IMG/VR virus record: IMGVR_UViG_3300005747_000147
Origin: an uncultured virus (IMG/VR IMGVR_UViG_3300005747_000147)
Taxonomy: Duplodnaviria; Heunggongvirae; Uroviricota; Caudoviricetes
Strand: one strand, 5' to 3'
Length of the DNA: 26,552 nucleotides
The notes below the pieces were generated by a model. It worked only from the letters and a program-made list of their open reading frames with translations, did no database searches and was not told the DNA's origin. Every line of letters starts with the position of its first letter. Within the stretch, counting starts at the first letter, position 1. Positions 1-9,580 of this stretch are shown in pieces. Made by a program: the position numbers and the translations under genes.

Positions 1-249
1 CATACGAATAGATTTTACCGATTCTGTCTTTCCTTTCTTAATTTTACCACTTGTAAACTCTTCTCCACCGGCATTAGCATGAACCTTGTCTTGCTTAATA
101 CCATGCTTAGATGCTTTAGCCTTTGGTCGTTTAACCTTTTCAATAATAGGCTTAGTGTCTTCACCATCTCGTAGTGCTTCTAATGTTTCTCTTGCTTTAA
201 GAATTGCTAATTCGATTATTTTTTCTTCTCTTGTTACTTTTTCCGGCAT
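1..249 (-). CDS. Hypothetical protein, runs off the left edge (MPEKVTREEKIIELAILKARETLEALRDG...)
   Basis: Not in the ORF track. ATG at 249 overlaps the TAA of the upstream gene (TAATG); the frame is open for 83 codons to base 1. Confidence 0.75.
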   Translation of the reverse strand, partial: MPEKVTREEKIIELAILKARETLEALRDGEDTKPIIEKVKRPKAKASKHGIKQDKVHANAGGEEFTSGKIKKGKTESVKSIRM

Positions 250-488
250 TATTGTCCACCTACCTTTTCGACCATTTTATGAATGTCAGACCAGTCCATA
301 CTTCCAACATCTCCCATAGGAGAAGAAATACCGCTACCATTATTCATGTTTGGGCTTGGACTTTGAGAAACAACTAAACCGGACTTCATCAATAGATTAT
401 CCTGATGATATACTGTTTTTTCTAGATTTTCAATCTTTTCTGTTAAAGCCTTAAGAATGGCTAATAACTCTTCATTTTGTTCTGTCAT
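249..488 (-). CDS. Small coiled-coil hypothetical protein (79 aa)
   Basis: GGTGA RBS, ATGA coupling to the upstream gene, heptad-like N-terminus, WSDIHK near the C-terminus. Confidence 0.8.
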   Translation of the reverse strand: MTEQNEELLAILKALTEKIENLEKTVYHQDNLLMKSGLVVSQSPSPNMNNGSGISSPMGDVGSMDWSDIHKMVEKVGGQ

Positions 489-850
489 TTTTCATCACCT
501 TTTTTCTTTGGATAAACTAAATCTCTTAATTGCCGATACAGCAACTCGTAGTCCTTACGAAGTTCAGTAGCGGAAGCCACTATGTCAATGTTCCTATCAT
601 CCATTGACTTCATTTTTTTCTTGAGTTTATTATCGGACTTAACTAGGTCTAAGTCCTTAAGAACATCAATTAACTCACCCATTTGAGTAAAGTCCTTTCC
701 GAAAAATTCTGTCGGTTGTGCCGATTGTAGAACCTTTTTAAGACGCTTTCTTTGTTTAGCATCTAATCCGTCAAGCAGTTTTTTTGGCGTGTCTTTCTTA
801 TCCTCTTTGAGAATAATTTCTTTTCCTTCTTCGTAAAAATCCCATGTCAT
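485..850 (-). CDS. Hypothetical helical protein (about 121 aa, MTWDFYEE...)
   Basis: Track ORF 485..859; the ATG at 850 is the more likely start. Packed in the operon. Confidence 0.8.
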   Translation of the reverse strand: MTWDFYEEGKEIILKEDKKDTPKKLLDGLDAKQRKRLKKVLQSAQPTEFFGKDFTQMGELIDVLKDLDLVKSDNKLKKKMKSMDDRNIDIVASATELRKDYELLYRQLRDLVYPKKKGDEK

Positions 851-855
851 TGTGT

Positions 856-3750
856 TCAACCCTTTATTTTTTCATTCAAATCTTTTAGTCTCTTCCCTTC
901 TTCTTTTGAATGCTCTTTCCAAGAAGTAATAAAGTCTTCTAAGTCATCATCATCTAAGTCTATTACTTTTTCATATTTCTTTTCCAAATACTTAGCAATA
1001 TCAGCAATTGAAGATATTTTTTTCCCTTCATCATCAAAAATAGGATTGGCTCTAAAACTTTGAGTCAAAACATCTAGCATCTTTGGCTTTTCTTTAATTT
1101 TTTCGCCTGTCATTTTTGCTCTTTTAATCTCAAAGAATTGTTGTAGCAAAGAAACTTCTTCTCTTTCTTGAGTAGCAGTTTTTAGGAATTCTTCTATTTG
1201 TTTACTCTTCGCATATAGTCTTCTACCTTTAGTTTCAAGGGCTTTAATATCGGCATATAAATCCTCAACAGCGATAACTTTATTGTCATCAAATGCGTCA
1301 AACAATACATCAAACTCAAATTCCCTCATTCTGCCAATAAATTCTTCTCCTAACGATTCAAAATCTAAGTCTATTTCTTTAATAAACTCATTATAGTCTT
1401 TATTTTTTTCCGTTCTAATATTATATTTACTTAACATTTCTTCTTCTTTAAATTTCTGTAACAATTCTATTACCGCATTTTCTAAATCTCGTTTAGCAAG
1501 TAAAGCCTTTTTGACTCTTTTTATAAGACCGCCATATGGCCGTATAGGTTCATTTGAAATCACTCTACCTGAACGGTCAGTTTTTCTACCCCCCATAAAG
1601 TCTTTTCTTTTTTGTGGTGGTCTAAGAGATATAGGAACAGTTTTATCCCCTTTGTATGGTTCAAAACTTTCTGGTATTACTTGTTTAATTTTTTGTTTAG
1701 CAGATTGATATTTTTTCTTCATAATATTCATTTCATAAATAAATTCTGAGATTCTTTCAAACTCAGTAACATATTCTTTATTTTTCCCGAAACCACCTAC
1801 TATTTTATCTAATAACTTATTTGTTTCAGATAGCATTTCTTTATTTTCAGAATACTCCTTTAGTTCTTCTTCTGTAATAGCAATCATTCTTTTTTCATCT
1901 GCCGCCCAAGCAGAATCAATTGCTTCTTGTAACAATTTACCATGAGACTTACCAAACACTGTAAAATCCACATTCTTGCCGATAACTGTTTGAAACATGT
2001 TATTTAGATTTAGTCTTTTAGATGGTTTAGTGTCCATAGTGAAAGCATAATACTTTTCTAAATCCTCCACAATCTCTTCAATTAATTCATCATACTCTTT
2101 AAGTAAAACCTTTGGAATCTTCTTAACTCTCTTTTTAAGTTTAAGACCCTGCATAATTTCCTTTCTTCTATTAGCCATGTAACTTTGAATTTCTTTTTTA
2201 TCTGATTTTAATTTTGCTCTTGGAGTAATACCATCTCCCCTTTCAGCAAACTGTTTAATAACATCTAATAAATCAACATCTTTGAATTTTTTCAATCTGA
2301 ATGTTCTAGATATAGAATTAGCACTACTAAGAATTTCGGAATAGCCTTCAGATTGTGAACTATAAGGTTGATTTCTAATTATGATTTTATAATCTCCTTT
2401 ACCTTTTGAAATGTCAATCATTCTAAGAGTCCTAATGTATTCACTCGCTTTTTTAAGTTCTGATTTTTCTTCTTCCCTTGCTTCTTCTTCCCTTTTTTTG
2501 TCTTTTATGTCTTTTATACTAGCATAATTTGGTTTTACATATTTGGGGTCGAGAGTTGAGCCTCGGTCTAATACCTGAACCTTAGTATCTTTTTCATTTC
2601 TAAATCTCATCCATTCGGGAGTTGTTCTAGTTGGAGTTGTTCCCCTCGGTTGTTTTTCTTTAGTTGGTTTCTCCATAAGAACCATACTTTCTGGTATTCC
2701 TAAAGTCTTTGGAGTAACTCCACCAACTTTTCTCTTTTCACCTACTAAACTTAAAATGGCAACAATGAAATCTCCACCGTATGAAAGTAGTCCACTAAGA
2801 ACCTTTGCATTATGTTCTTCATTTCCTTTTAATGGAAGTCTTATAAGAGAAACATTATCTTTAAACTCTTTTTGTAATTTAGACCAGAAAGCCTTAGTAA
2901 CTCTATTAACTTTACTACTATCGTCAGTTGAGCCGTATAATTTATTCCTTGCCCTTTCTGCTTCTTTAGTTTGTTCCATCATTTCTTCATTTCTATTATT
3001 AATTAATCTAATAATGTTAGTTGCATTTCTCTTAACCTTAACATCTTTGCTGTCATCCTTTAATTTATTAAGTGCCTCTAGTAAATAAGTATTAACTTCT
3101 CTAGTTGCGCCCATTCCCTTAGCACCAGCACCGCCCTTTTGTCTAGTATTTCTACCAGAAGTTTTCAAAAAATCTGTTAATTTCTTTTTGTATTCTGTGC
3201 TATTTTTATCTACCTTACCACCTTTCATTGGTAAGCCATCATAAGGAAACTTTACAGCCACTTGTTTTAATCTACTTAAGTATTTTTTTGTCTCAGGTTT
3301 GTTTAAAATAGTTTTAAGTTCTCTTAGTGCAGTTTTATTATTCAAGGTAAGAAAGACTTCTTCTCCGGTAATATCAATACTTTTAGTATTTTTATCTCGG
3401 CTAAAATCACTAAGTCTAGAATCCATTTCTTTTCGACTTTGACGAAATTGTTCCTTATAATTAGAATCCTGTCTTGTTTCTTCTTCCTTCTTATATTGTT
3501 TGATTTTTGCCATAGATTCCCTTACTTTAAGTTCAAAACTCTTATAAGGTTTGTTATTTTTCTTTCTTTGCGCTATAATTTTTTTGTTCTTTTTAACTTC
3601 CTTTAAATACCTGTCTAATTCGGCTTGGTCTGTTTTAGAAGATGTTGCATATTCTTTTCTAATATCACTTTCAATATACTCAATAAGACACTTAATTAAA
3701 AATTCGGGGTCGTTCATACGACCTGCTATTTGCGCCTTGAGGAAGACCAT
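856..3750 (-). CDS. Large K/E-rich helical protein (964 aa), possible internal virion protein
   Basis: Long ORF two genes downstream of the portal; no catalytic motif recognised. Function is inference. Confidence 0.8.
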   Translation of the reverse strand: MVFLKAQIAGRMNDPEFLIKCLIEYIESDIRKEYATSSKTDQAELDRYLKEVKKNKKIIAQRKKNNKPYKSFELKVRESMAKIKQYKKEEETRQDSNYKEQFRQSRKEMDSRLSDFSRDKNTKSIDITGEEVFLTLNNKTALRELKTILNKPETKKYLSRLKQVAVKFPYDGLPMKGGKVDKNSTEYKKKLTDFLKTSGRNTRQKGGAGAKGMGATREVNTYLLEALNKLKDDSKDVKVKRNATNIIRLINNRNEEMMEQTKEAERARNKLYGSTDDSSKVNRVTKAFWSKLQKEFKDNVSLIRLPLKGNEEHNAKVLSGLLSYGGDFIVAILSLVGEKRKVGGVTPKTLGIPESMVLMEKPTKEKQPRGTTPTRTTPEWMRFRNEKDTKVQVLDRGSTLDPKYVKPNYASIKDIKDKKREEEAREEEKSELKKASEYIRTLRMIDISKGKGDYKIIIRNQPYSSQSEGYSEILSSANSISRTFRLKKFKDVDLLDVIKQFAERGDGITPRAKLKSDKKEIQSYMANRRKEIMQGLKLKKRVKKIPKVLLKEYDELIEEIVEDLEKYYAFTMDTKPSKRLNLNNMFQTVIGKNVDFTVFGKSHGKLLQEAIDSAWAADEKRMIAITEEELKEYSENKEMLSETNKLLDKIVGGFGKNKEYVTEFERISEFIYEMNIMKKKYQSAKQKIKQVIPESFEPYKGDKTVPISLRPPQKRKDFMGGRKTDRSGRVISNEPIRPYGGLIKRVKKALLAKRDLENAVIELLQKFKEEEMLSKYNIRTEKNKDYNEFIKEIDLDFESLGEEFIGRMREFEFDVLFDAFDDNKVIAVEDLYADIKALETKGRRLYAKSKQIEEFLKTATQEREEVSLLQQFFEIKRAKMTGEKIKEKPKMLDVLTQSFRANPIFDDEGKKISSIADIAKYLEKKYEKVIDLDDDDLEDFITSWKEHSKEEGKRLKDLNEKIKG

Positions 3751-3761
3751 ATTAAATCAAC

Positions 3762-3989
3762 TCAAAAAGGAATGTTCTCTTTTTTTCCACGACGCTTTGA
3801 AGGTGGTAAAATAACATCGGGAACATCATTAGAGGTTCTCATGCTTTTATGTGAAGTATCAGGAGGTAATCCACCAACTGAAAAATCTCGGTTCTTTCTA
3901 AGTGTTCTTCCATCGGCTGAGTTTTGAGACTTAACCTTAGCCAATTCTTTCTTCAATCGTATTTCTTTTTGCTTTAAATCTTCTGTCAT
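3762..3989 (-). CDS. Small basic hypothetical protein (75 aa, MTEDLKQKE...)
   Basis: ATG at 3989 lies just after the portal stop; the longer track ORF would overlap the portal. Confidence 0.75.
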   Translation of the reverse strand: MTEDLKQKEIRLKKELAKVKSQNSADGRTLRKNRDFSVGGLPPDTSHKSMRTSNDVPDVILPPSKRRGKKENIPF

Positions 3990-3990
3990 A

Positions 3991-5631
3991 TTAACCAACT
4001 CTTCGTTCTGTTCTTGAATCAACATTTTGATTTCCTGCTTCGGCAGGTAATCCAGTCATGCGCTTATCCGGCCCTACTTCGTTCCTCGCTTTATTCCTTG
4101 TGGCAGGTGGGTTTTCTTGGGGTTTAGAATTACCGCCTTGTAACTGTTGTTCTTGCATTTGTCCCATTTGTGAAGCATCTATGTTTGTTCCGGCATAAGG
4201 GTCTTGTTGTGATTCTTCACCTTCAGCCGGTTGTTCCGGTTGTTCCGGTTCGGGCTTCTTAAAAGTAAATTGTCCGTCTTCATCCATATCAACTTCAAAT
4301 CCTAGATTTTTAATTGAAGCAGCAATATTAACTTCTATCTCTCTTTTACGAAGACCCGCAATTTCATCTTCTTCTTCCGATGGAGGAAGTTTTAATTCCC
4401 AATCTGTAATACCAAATTGCTTTGTTAAGTAAGGGAAAACATAATTATTATAAACATTTTGTGCCATTTGAACTGCACGATTTGTAACAAGTATTTGCAT
4501 ACCTTCATTATTTAATCCACCACTGGTAGTATTGTCAGCCATGAATACTTTACTTACTCCATAGAATGCTGATATTCTATCTCTTAAGTCGTCTTTAACT
4601 GAAATGTAATCCATTTCTTTAAGAGAGTCCATAAACTTAATCCACTCAACTGCACCTTTACCGCCTTCGGCTTCAATTCCCATAACAGGAATAAAGTGAG
4701 GGTCGGCTTCCATCTTTTCTTTTACACCTCTCCAAAAGGCTCTCATCGAATCCATGTTTCGAGTTTGAACAGCCAAAAGACCTCTTGGCATTCTACTCTT
4801 AGTATATGCTGAATTAACATAATTTTCCATAGCAATAAGAGTCATAATGTGATTATATAGAGTAATAACAGGAGAGAACCCATAAAGACGACTTGGGCTG
4901 TATTTACTAAAGTGTAATACTTCTCCTTCTAAGAAGTATTGGTCTTCGCCATTTGCTCTATTAACAAAGTGAACTGGTTTCATATTAGAACCACAGGCTT
5001 CACAGGTAGCATAAGGTTCAGTAGATAGCATATTTCTATGGTTAATACAAGTAAATCCTTTTGTTCCTTTTACTCCGTTCTCATCTGCATAAATAAACAT
5101 AGTTACTGGGTCGCCTCGATAAATCTCTTTAATGCGGTGCATTCTAATTTTACCATTACCGTCTAAGAAATACTCCTTAACTAAAACAATATAAGCATCA
5201 TCCATAGTATTCAAATCATCTTCCAATTCTTTCAATACATCAATGAATAATTGTTCCGAAGGATTAACATATCCTTCCAAAAACTTTTCAGCAAATTCCA
5301 ACTGTTTAACATCAGGTATTCTCAAATCAGTAGATTCACAACGAGAACACTGTTGAACAGGTCTTTTGTGTTTTTTTCCACAATTGTTACAGATAGCCTC
5401 GAATGCTTTTTCCCAAACATAGCCTCTACGGTAAACTTCTTGTTTTAATTGAGTAATACAAGTTCTTACAATTACTGACTGTTGCACCATAGAATAAATG
5501 ATTGGTGCGGTCATCATGTAATTGTTTTGCCTTTCTTGAATACCCATATTGTATATCTGTCTATCAGCAGGTTTAGGAGTAGAACGCCTAAACAAGTTAG
5601 TAAAGGAAAATCTTCTTCTTTCTTCAGCCAT
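3991..5631 (-). CDS. Portal protein with two inserted Zn-ribbon motifs
   Basis: 546 aa, downstream of TerL. Portal-like segments LYGFSPV and RISAFYGVS, acidic/Q-rich tail, CxxC-x10-CxxC and CxxH-x11-CxxC inserts. Confidence 0.85.
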   Translation of the reverse strand: MAEERRRFSFTNLFRRSTPKPADRQIYNMGIQERQNNYMMTAPIIYSMVQQSVIVRTCITQLKQEVYRRGYVWEKAFEAICNNCGKKHKRPVQQCSRCESTDLRIPDVKQLEFAEKFLEGYVNPSEQLFIDVLKELEDDLNTMDDAYIVLVKEYFLDGNGKIRMHRIKEIYRGDPVTMFIYADENGVKGTKGFTCINHRNMLSTEPYATCEACGSNMKPVHFVNRANGEDQYFLEGEVLHFSKYSPSRLYGFSPVITLYNHIMTLIAMENYVNSAYTKSRMPRGLLAVQTRNMDSMRAFWRGVKEKMEADPHFIPVMGIEAEGGKGAVEWIKFMDSLKEMDYISVKDDLRDRISAFYGVSKVFMADNTTSGGLNNEGMQILVTNRAVQMAQNVYNNYVFPYLTKQFGITDWELKLPPSEEEDEIAGLRKREIEVNIAASIKNLGFEVDMDEDGQFTFKKPEPEQPEQPAEGEESQQDPYAGTNIDASQMGQMQEQQLQGGNSKPQENPPATRNKARNEVGPDKRMTGLPAEAGNQNVDSRTERRVG

Positions 5632-5642
5632 CCCTTACACCC

Positions 5643-5795
5643 CTACTTGTTTGCAGGTTTCCCATCCTCTATATACTCTTCGACTTTCACTATTGAAGGT
5701 TTGCCTTGTTTTTCCCAACAATCCTTACAAAAGCCAAAAGGTATGACTTTTCTATGTGATTGAGTGTAACAACGAGTACAATAAGTAAATGCCAT
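5643..5795 (-). CDS. 50-aa Zn-finger microprotein (MAFTYCTRCY...GFCKDCWEK...)
   Basis: Not in the track. ATG directly follows the upstream TAG, two CxxC motifs, fills the gap before the portal RBS. Confidence 0.8.
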   Translation of the reverse strand: MAFTYCTRCYTQSHRKVIPFGFCKDCWEKQGKPSIVKVEEYIEDGKPANK

Positions 5796-7151
5796 CTATT
5801 CCACTCCACCAATCTGTTCCATCGAATCCATCAAGGACATTTTACTATTGCCTTGAAGTTTAGCAATATCATCTAAATATATCCCTTCTTTAAGCCAATC
5901 AAAACCTACATGGTCTTTGTGATTTTCCCACTTCATAAGTTTGAATATTTCATCACAGCGGCCTTTATACCAGTCTTGTTTCTTATATGATTTTTTCATT
6001 CTTATTAACTCAAGGAGTAACTCTGCATTACCTTTCTTTAATCTAAAATGAGGCAAACATTTTGTTAATAAATCTGTAACATGGTCTTGCGAATAAAAAT
6101 TAAGTCTTTGAACAGGCCGTGTATCTTGCGGTGATTTTTGATTTAAATGTAATTTACCAAACCCAATTGATTTGTGCATTTCTTCCATAAATGCACGACC
6201 CCTATCTCCGGTAGCAATTAAACCGACTCTTGGGTTATGGTTTCTATCCATTGTAATATATCCATCGGAGTCAATAAATGCAGCAGTATAAGCCCAAATG
6301 TTCTTTTTGATTTCATTTGGCATTTTATAATATCCACCATTAACAACAGCGACATCTAATTTTTTAACCATTTTAGAAATCATATTAGAAGTAGTGTTCT
6401 TATGTAATACAGAAGGCATTTTATCATGGAGTTGTTTTGCTCCAATTCCGGGCTGTTTTCTTATTTCACTCTCTATGAAAGAAAGTACTCTTTCTTTCTT
6501 TGATTTAACAAGAGACTGGTCGGAAATGTTTTTAATTTCTGCTCTAAAATCTTTCTTTGCTAAACGGCAAGTCTTTTCGAGAGAAGAGTAATCTTTACCA
6601 TAAACCATATCTGCTTTCTTTAAGTCATGTTCCCAAAACTTACACAAAGCATCTACTACTTTTCTTCTTGATTTAACATCTCCCATTTTATTTAGTTTCA
6701 TCAAATCCTTTTCGTTAAATCTCATTTTGAGTAATGGTTCTTTATATGGACTTAACCAGTAAATAGAATCAATACACTTTGAGATATGGTCGGAGTAGCC
6801 ATCAATAACAGTATCAATTGCTTTAGCCATTCTTACTCTATCTTCTCCTTTTAGTTTTCTTCTTGCTTTACGCATCTTTCTTACTAAATCTGGAATATTT
6901 TCTCCATCAACAACATACTCATTAGGAAAAGAAGAAAGTTGTTTTCTTGCTTCACTAGCATTAATGTTTAGATTTTTAGATAGAGTATTAACTGCTTCAT
7001 AATCCGACATAACATAATCAGTAATGCCTTTATTTAGTTCAATGCCGACATCGCTAAGGGCTTGAACAACAGGTTTCTTTTCTTCCTGTAACTCTTCTAA
7101 TTCTTCAATTTCATCTTTTGATTCAATTAAATCTTGTTCTGTAACCATCAT
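5796..7151 (-). CDS. Protein with a long helical N-terminal region, a putative HTH and a C-terminal LAGLIDADG endonuclease-like domain
   Basis: YTAAFIDSDGYI (about 6255-6290) followed by typical LAGLIDADG elements (IGFGKLH; LLTKCLPHFRLKKGNAELLLE). GAGGTG RBS favours ATG 7151 or 7148. Confidence 0.8.
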   Translation of the reverse strand: MMVTEQDLIESKDEIEELEELQEEKKPVVQALSDVGIELNKGITDYVMSDYEAVNTLSKNLNINASEARKQLSSFPNEYVVDGENIPDLVRKMRKARRKLKGEDRVRMAKAIDTVIDGYSDHISKCIDSIYWLSPYKEPLLKMRFNEKDLMKLNKMGDVKSRRKVVDALCKFWEHDLKKADMVYGKDYSSLEKTCRLAKKDFRAEIKNISDQSLVKSKKERVLSFIESEIRKQPGIGAKQLHDKMPSVLHKNTTSNMISKMVKKLDVAVVNGGYYKMPNEIKKNIWAYTAAFIDSDGYITMDRNHNPRVGLIATGDRGRAFMEEMHKSIGFGKLHLNQKSPQDTRPVQRLNFYSQDHVTDLLTKCLPHFRLKKGNAELLLELIRMKKSYKKQDWYKGRCDEIFKLMKWENHKDHVGFDWLKEGIYLDDIAKLQGNSKMSLMDSMEQIGGVE

Positions 7152-7158
7152 AACCACC

Positions 7159-8592
7159 TCAAAAGTTCACACCTATGACTCCATTACTATGCCGCTTGTA
7201 CTTGTTGGTAGTGGGCGGTTCAAATATGCCTAAGTCGTCAAGGAGTATGAATGTTTCACTCATTGTATGTGTTGCCGCATTCGCCAAGGCAAGGCTCATC
7301 ACCATATCGTCATGCGCCCCAATGCCCTCAAACTTACCTTTTTCAGTGATAGCAAACATTGATAATTCTTCAAGTAAAGTCATTGAGACTCTTCTACTTT
7401 CTTCGTTACCATAAGGCAAGTTAATCTTTTGATTTTCAAAATTCATTTGGAGGCTCAAAATAATCTCTTCCTTTTTCTTTCGAGTAGTATTGAAGTCGTG
7501 AACATTCAAGTCGCTCACATTTCTTAATTCTTGAGTAAAAGATTTAGCGAAAGTATTTGTTTCAAATAGAACAACTTCAGGATGAAACATCTTTCCAATC
7601 AATCTAACCTTTTCTATGTTTTCTCTAAACTCTACATTCTTAGAACGGTCAATGAATACAATTGTTTTATTGTCGTGTTCATCCACTTCTAATACAGTAA
7701 TAACATTGTAGTCACCATCAGTAGAAATAGCAGGGTCTACTCCAACATAATACTTAAATCCTTCACGACGATGTGGCTTAAGAATATGTTCTTTACTCTT
7801 TGCTTTTTCTAAATACTCAGGATTAAACAAAGAAGTTCCAGTAGAGATAGGAACGCACAAGTATTCTCTTGTGAACATTAAAGAACCAACTTCAGCCTTT
7901 CTTGCCATTAGTGCATCATAATCCCATCTCTCCGGCCATAGTGGTTCATTGAGAGCATTGAAACAAGGATATGTTCGGACAGTATAAGCAGGATTTTCCT
8001 CAAGTTGTTGGTAAATATCTGTATAACTGAAAGGAGTTCCAATAACTCTCAATGAAGCGGTGTGGTGAAGTGTTGGTATCATGTCTCCGTAAAACCAATC
8101 TGTAACCTTTTGAATACCAGTCATACTAAACTCTTTCAAAGGGTCGTCAATAATAATTTCTTGAGGGTGTAATCCACGAATCTGTGAACCAACGGAACGC
8201 TCTAAGATTTGGTTTCCGTTTGTTAATGTAATATTACCAATAGCCCAACCCCTTGCAGGTTTAAATTGTTTAAGCATTGGGTGAGTAAACATCTTATCAA
8301 TGTCTCTCATGTGAACCATTGTCTGTTTTTGGTTCGATGAAATGTAAAGCATTTGATATGGAGGTTCTTGAAATATTAAATTCCAAACAACCCAACTGTG
8401 CATAAATACTGATTTTCCGTGGTCTCTTGAACAAACAATAACAGTTCTTTGTGTATCATTCATTAATTCAAGCCACTCTTGTTGGTATTTAGGAAACATA
8501 AAACCTAGAACATTTTGAAAGAAATAGGGGAAGGAGTTTTTGGATAACTCCATATCCATTTGATGTTCAAAGTTAAAGGCTTCTATTTCCAT
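7159..8592 (-). CDS. terL: Terminase large subunit
   Basis: Walker A-like SRDHGKS, Walker B IIIDD, motif III VIGTP, RNase H-like nuclease VGVDPA and HDDMVMS; 477 aa, no intein. Confidence 0.95.
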   Translation of the reverse strand: MEIEAFNFEHQMDMELSKNSFPYFFQNVLGFMFPKYQQEWLELMNDTQRTVIVCSRDHGKSVFMHSWVVWNLIFQEPPYQMLYISSNQKQTMVHMRDIDKMFTHPMLKQFKPARGWAIGNITLTNGNQILERSVGSQIRGLHPQEIIIDDPLKEFSMTGIQKVTDWFYGDMIPTLHHTASLRVIGTPFSYTDIYQQLEENPAYTVRTYPCFNALNEPLWPERWDYDALMARKAEVGSLMFTREYLCVPISTGTSLFNPEYLEKAKSKEHILKPHRREGFKYYVGVDPAISTDGDYNVITVLEVDEHDNKTIVFIDRSKNVEFRENIEKVRLIGKMFHPEVVLFETNTFAKSFTQELRNVSDLNVHDFNTTRKKKEEIILSLQMNFENQKINLPYGNEESRRVSMTLLEELSMFAITEKGKFEGIGAHDDMVMSLALANAATHTMSETFILLDDLGIFEPPTTNKYKRHSNGVIGVNF

Positions 8593-8601
8593 AATATCAC
8601 C

Positions 8602-9126
8602 TTATTCTGTAATTCCCCAGTCATCCACATTGTCTAAGTGTTCTATTCTTTCATTCATGTATGCTAATACATCATCAGGAATAGTTTTATGAGTTTTAGG
8701 TTTATTTAAGTCAAGTCCTAATTTTTTACGCATTCCAGTAAATCCTGCAATTCTTGGCATTCCTTTTATTGGAGTTAATGCTTTTTCTCTTACTTCTCTC
8801 ATTAATCCTTTACCTCGATAATCGGGGTGTGTTTTAGCACCACCAAAATAAGCATAGGGGCGGCCTTCTTTTCCTGTTTCAATTGCATTACCAACTACTG
8901 TAACTAATCTATTTTTTCCACCTTCTGTAACAATCATACCAAACCAATTATCAATAGGATATTTCCATTTATTCTCGGAACGAAGTGTATGTGGCATATC
9001 GGGATTGCTTGCATCCCAAAGTTCTTTCATAGACTCTTCATCACCAAGTTGAATAACTTTGATTTTTTCATCCCCTGCCAACCTTCTAAGGTCGGGATGA
9101 AACTTAATGATGTGCCACCAACTCAT
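8602..9126 (-). CDS. GNAT-family acetyltransferase with N-terminal W-tag (MSWWHIIK)
   Basis: Acetyl-CoA-binding motif A: THPDYRGKGLM. Confidence 0.75.
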   Translation of the reverse strand: MSWWHIIKFHPDLRRLAGDEKIKVIQLGDEESMKELWDASNPDMPHTLRSENKWKYPIDNWFGMIVTEGGKNRLVTVVGNAIETGKEGRPYAYFGGAKTHPDYRGKGLMREVREKALTPIKGMPRIAGFTGMRKKLGLDLNKPKTHKTIPDDVLAYMNERIEHLDNVDDWGITE

Positions 9127-9130
9127 AATA

Positions 9131-9580
9131 TCACCATTTTACTTTGTTTGCCCAATAAGCGGCACTTGTCGGGCCTCTCTTAATGTTCTTTTGATGTCGG
9201 CTCTTAAATGATTTGCGCTTGGCTTTCATTCTTTTGCTTTCACCTTTCTTTGGTTTTCCGGCTACACTTGCGCCTTGTTCACCAAATCGAATTGTTTTTG
9301 TTTTCTTGCCGTCTTTAACAACAACAACATGAGATTTCTTAGGATGCTTTGGTGTTCTCTTTGGCTTACTAAAACCGGAAACTCCTGCTCTCTTTAATGC
9401 AGGGTGTTTCTTTCTAAGTAGTTTAAAGTCCTCGGCATCCAACTTTCCGTTCTTATTTTTATCAAGTTTCTTTTGCTTAGGACTTAAAGCCTTATTTGTT
9501 TTCTCTCTACAAGTTGCACAATCGCAACCCATTTTTTCTGTGCCACAATGGGCTTTTAAAACTTCTTTCCATTTACTCAT
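9131..9580 (-). CDS. W-tagged basic modular protein (Cys cluster, EF-hand-like loop, basic C-terminal domain)
   Basis: Starts MSKWKEVLK; CDCATC; DKNKNGKLDAED loop; TIRFGEQG...RKSFKSRH...SAAYWA. Confidence 0.8.
   Translation of the reverse strand: MSKWKEVLKAHCGTEKMGCDCATCREKTNKALSPKQKKLDKNKNGKLDAEDFKLLRKKHPALKRAGVSGFSKPKRTPKHPKKSHVVVVKDGKKTKTIRFGEQGASVAGKPKKGESKRMKAKRKSFKSRHQKNIKRGPTSAAYWANKVKW

Noticed and set aside
485..850. MTWDFYEE as a 17th N-terminal tag
   Set aside because: Has M-T-W but lacks [IV]-[ILV]-K at the right spacing (IILK occurs later); not counted.
5796..8592. LAGLIDADG ORF as an intein or intron of terL
   Set aside because: TerL is complete with its own stop; the ORF has its own RBS and no splicing motifs that I can see.
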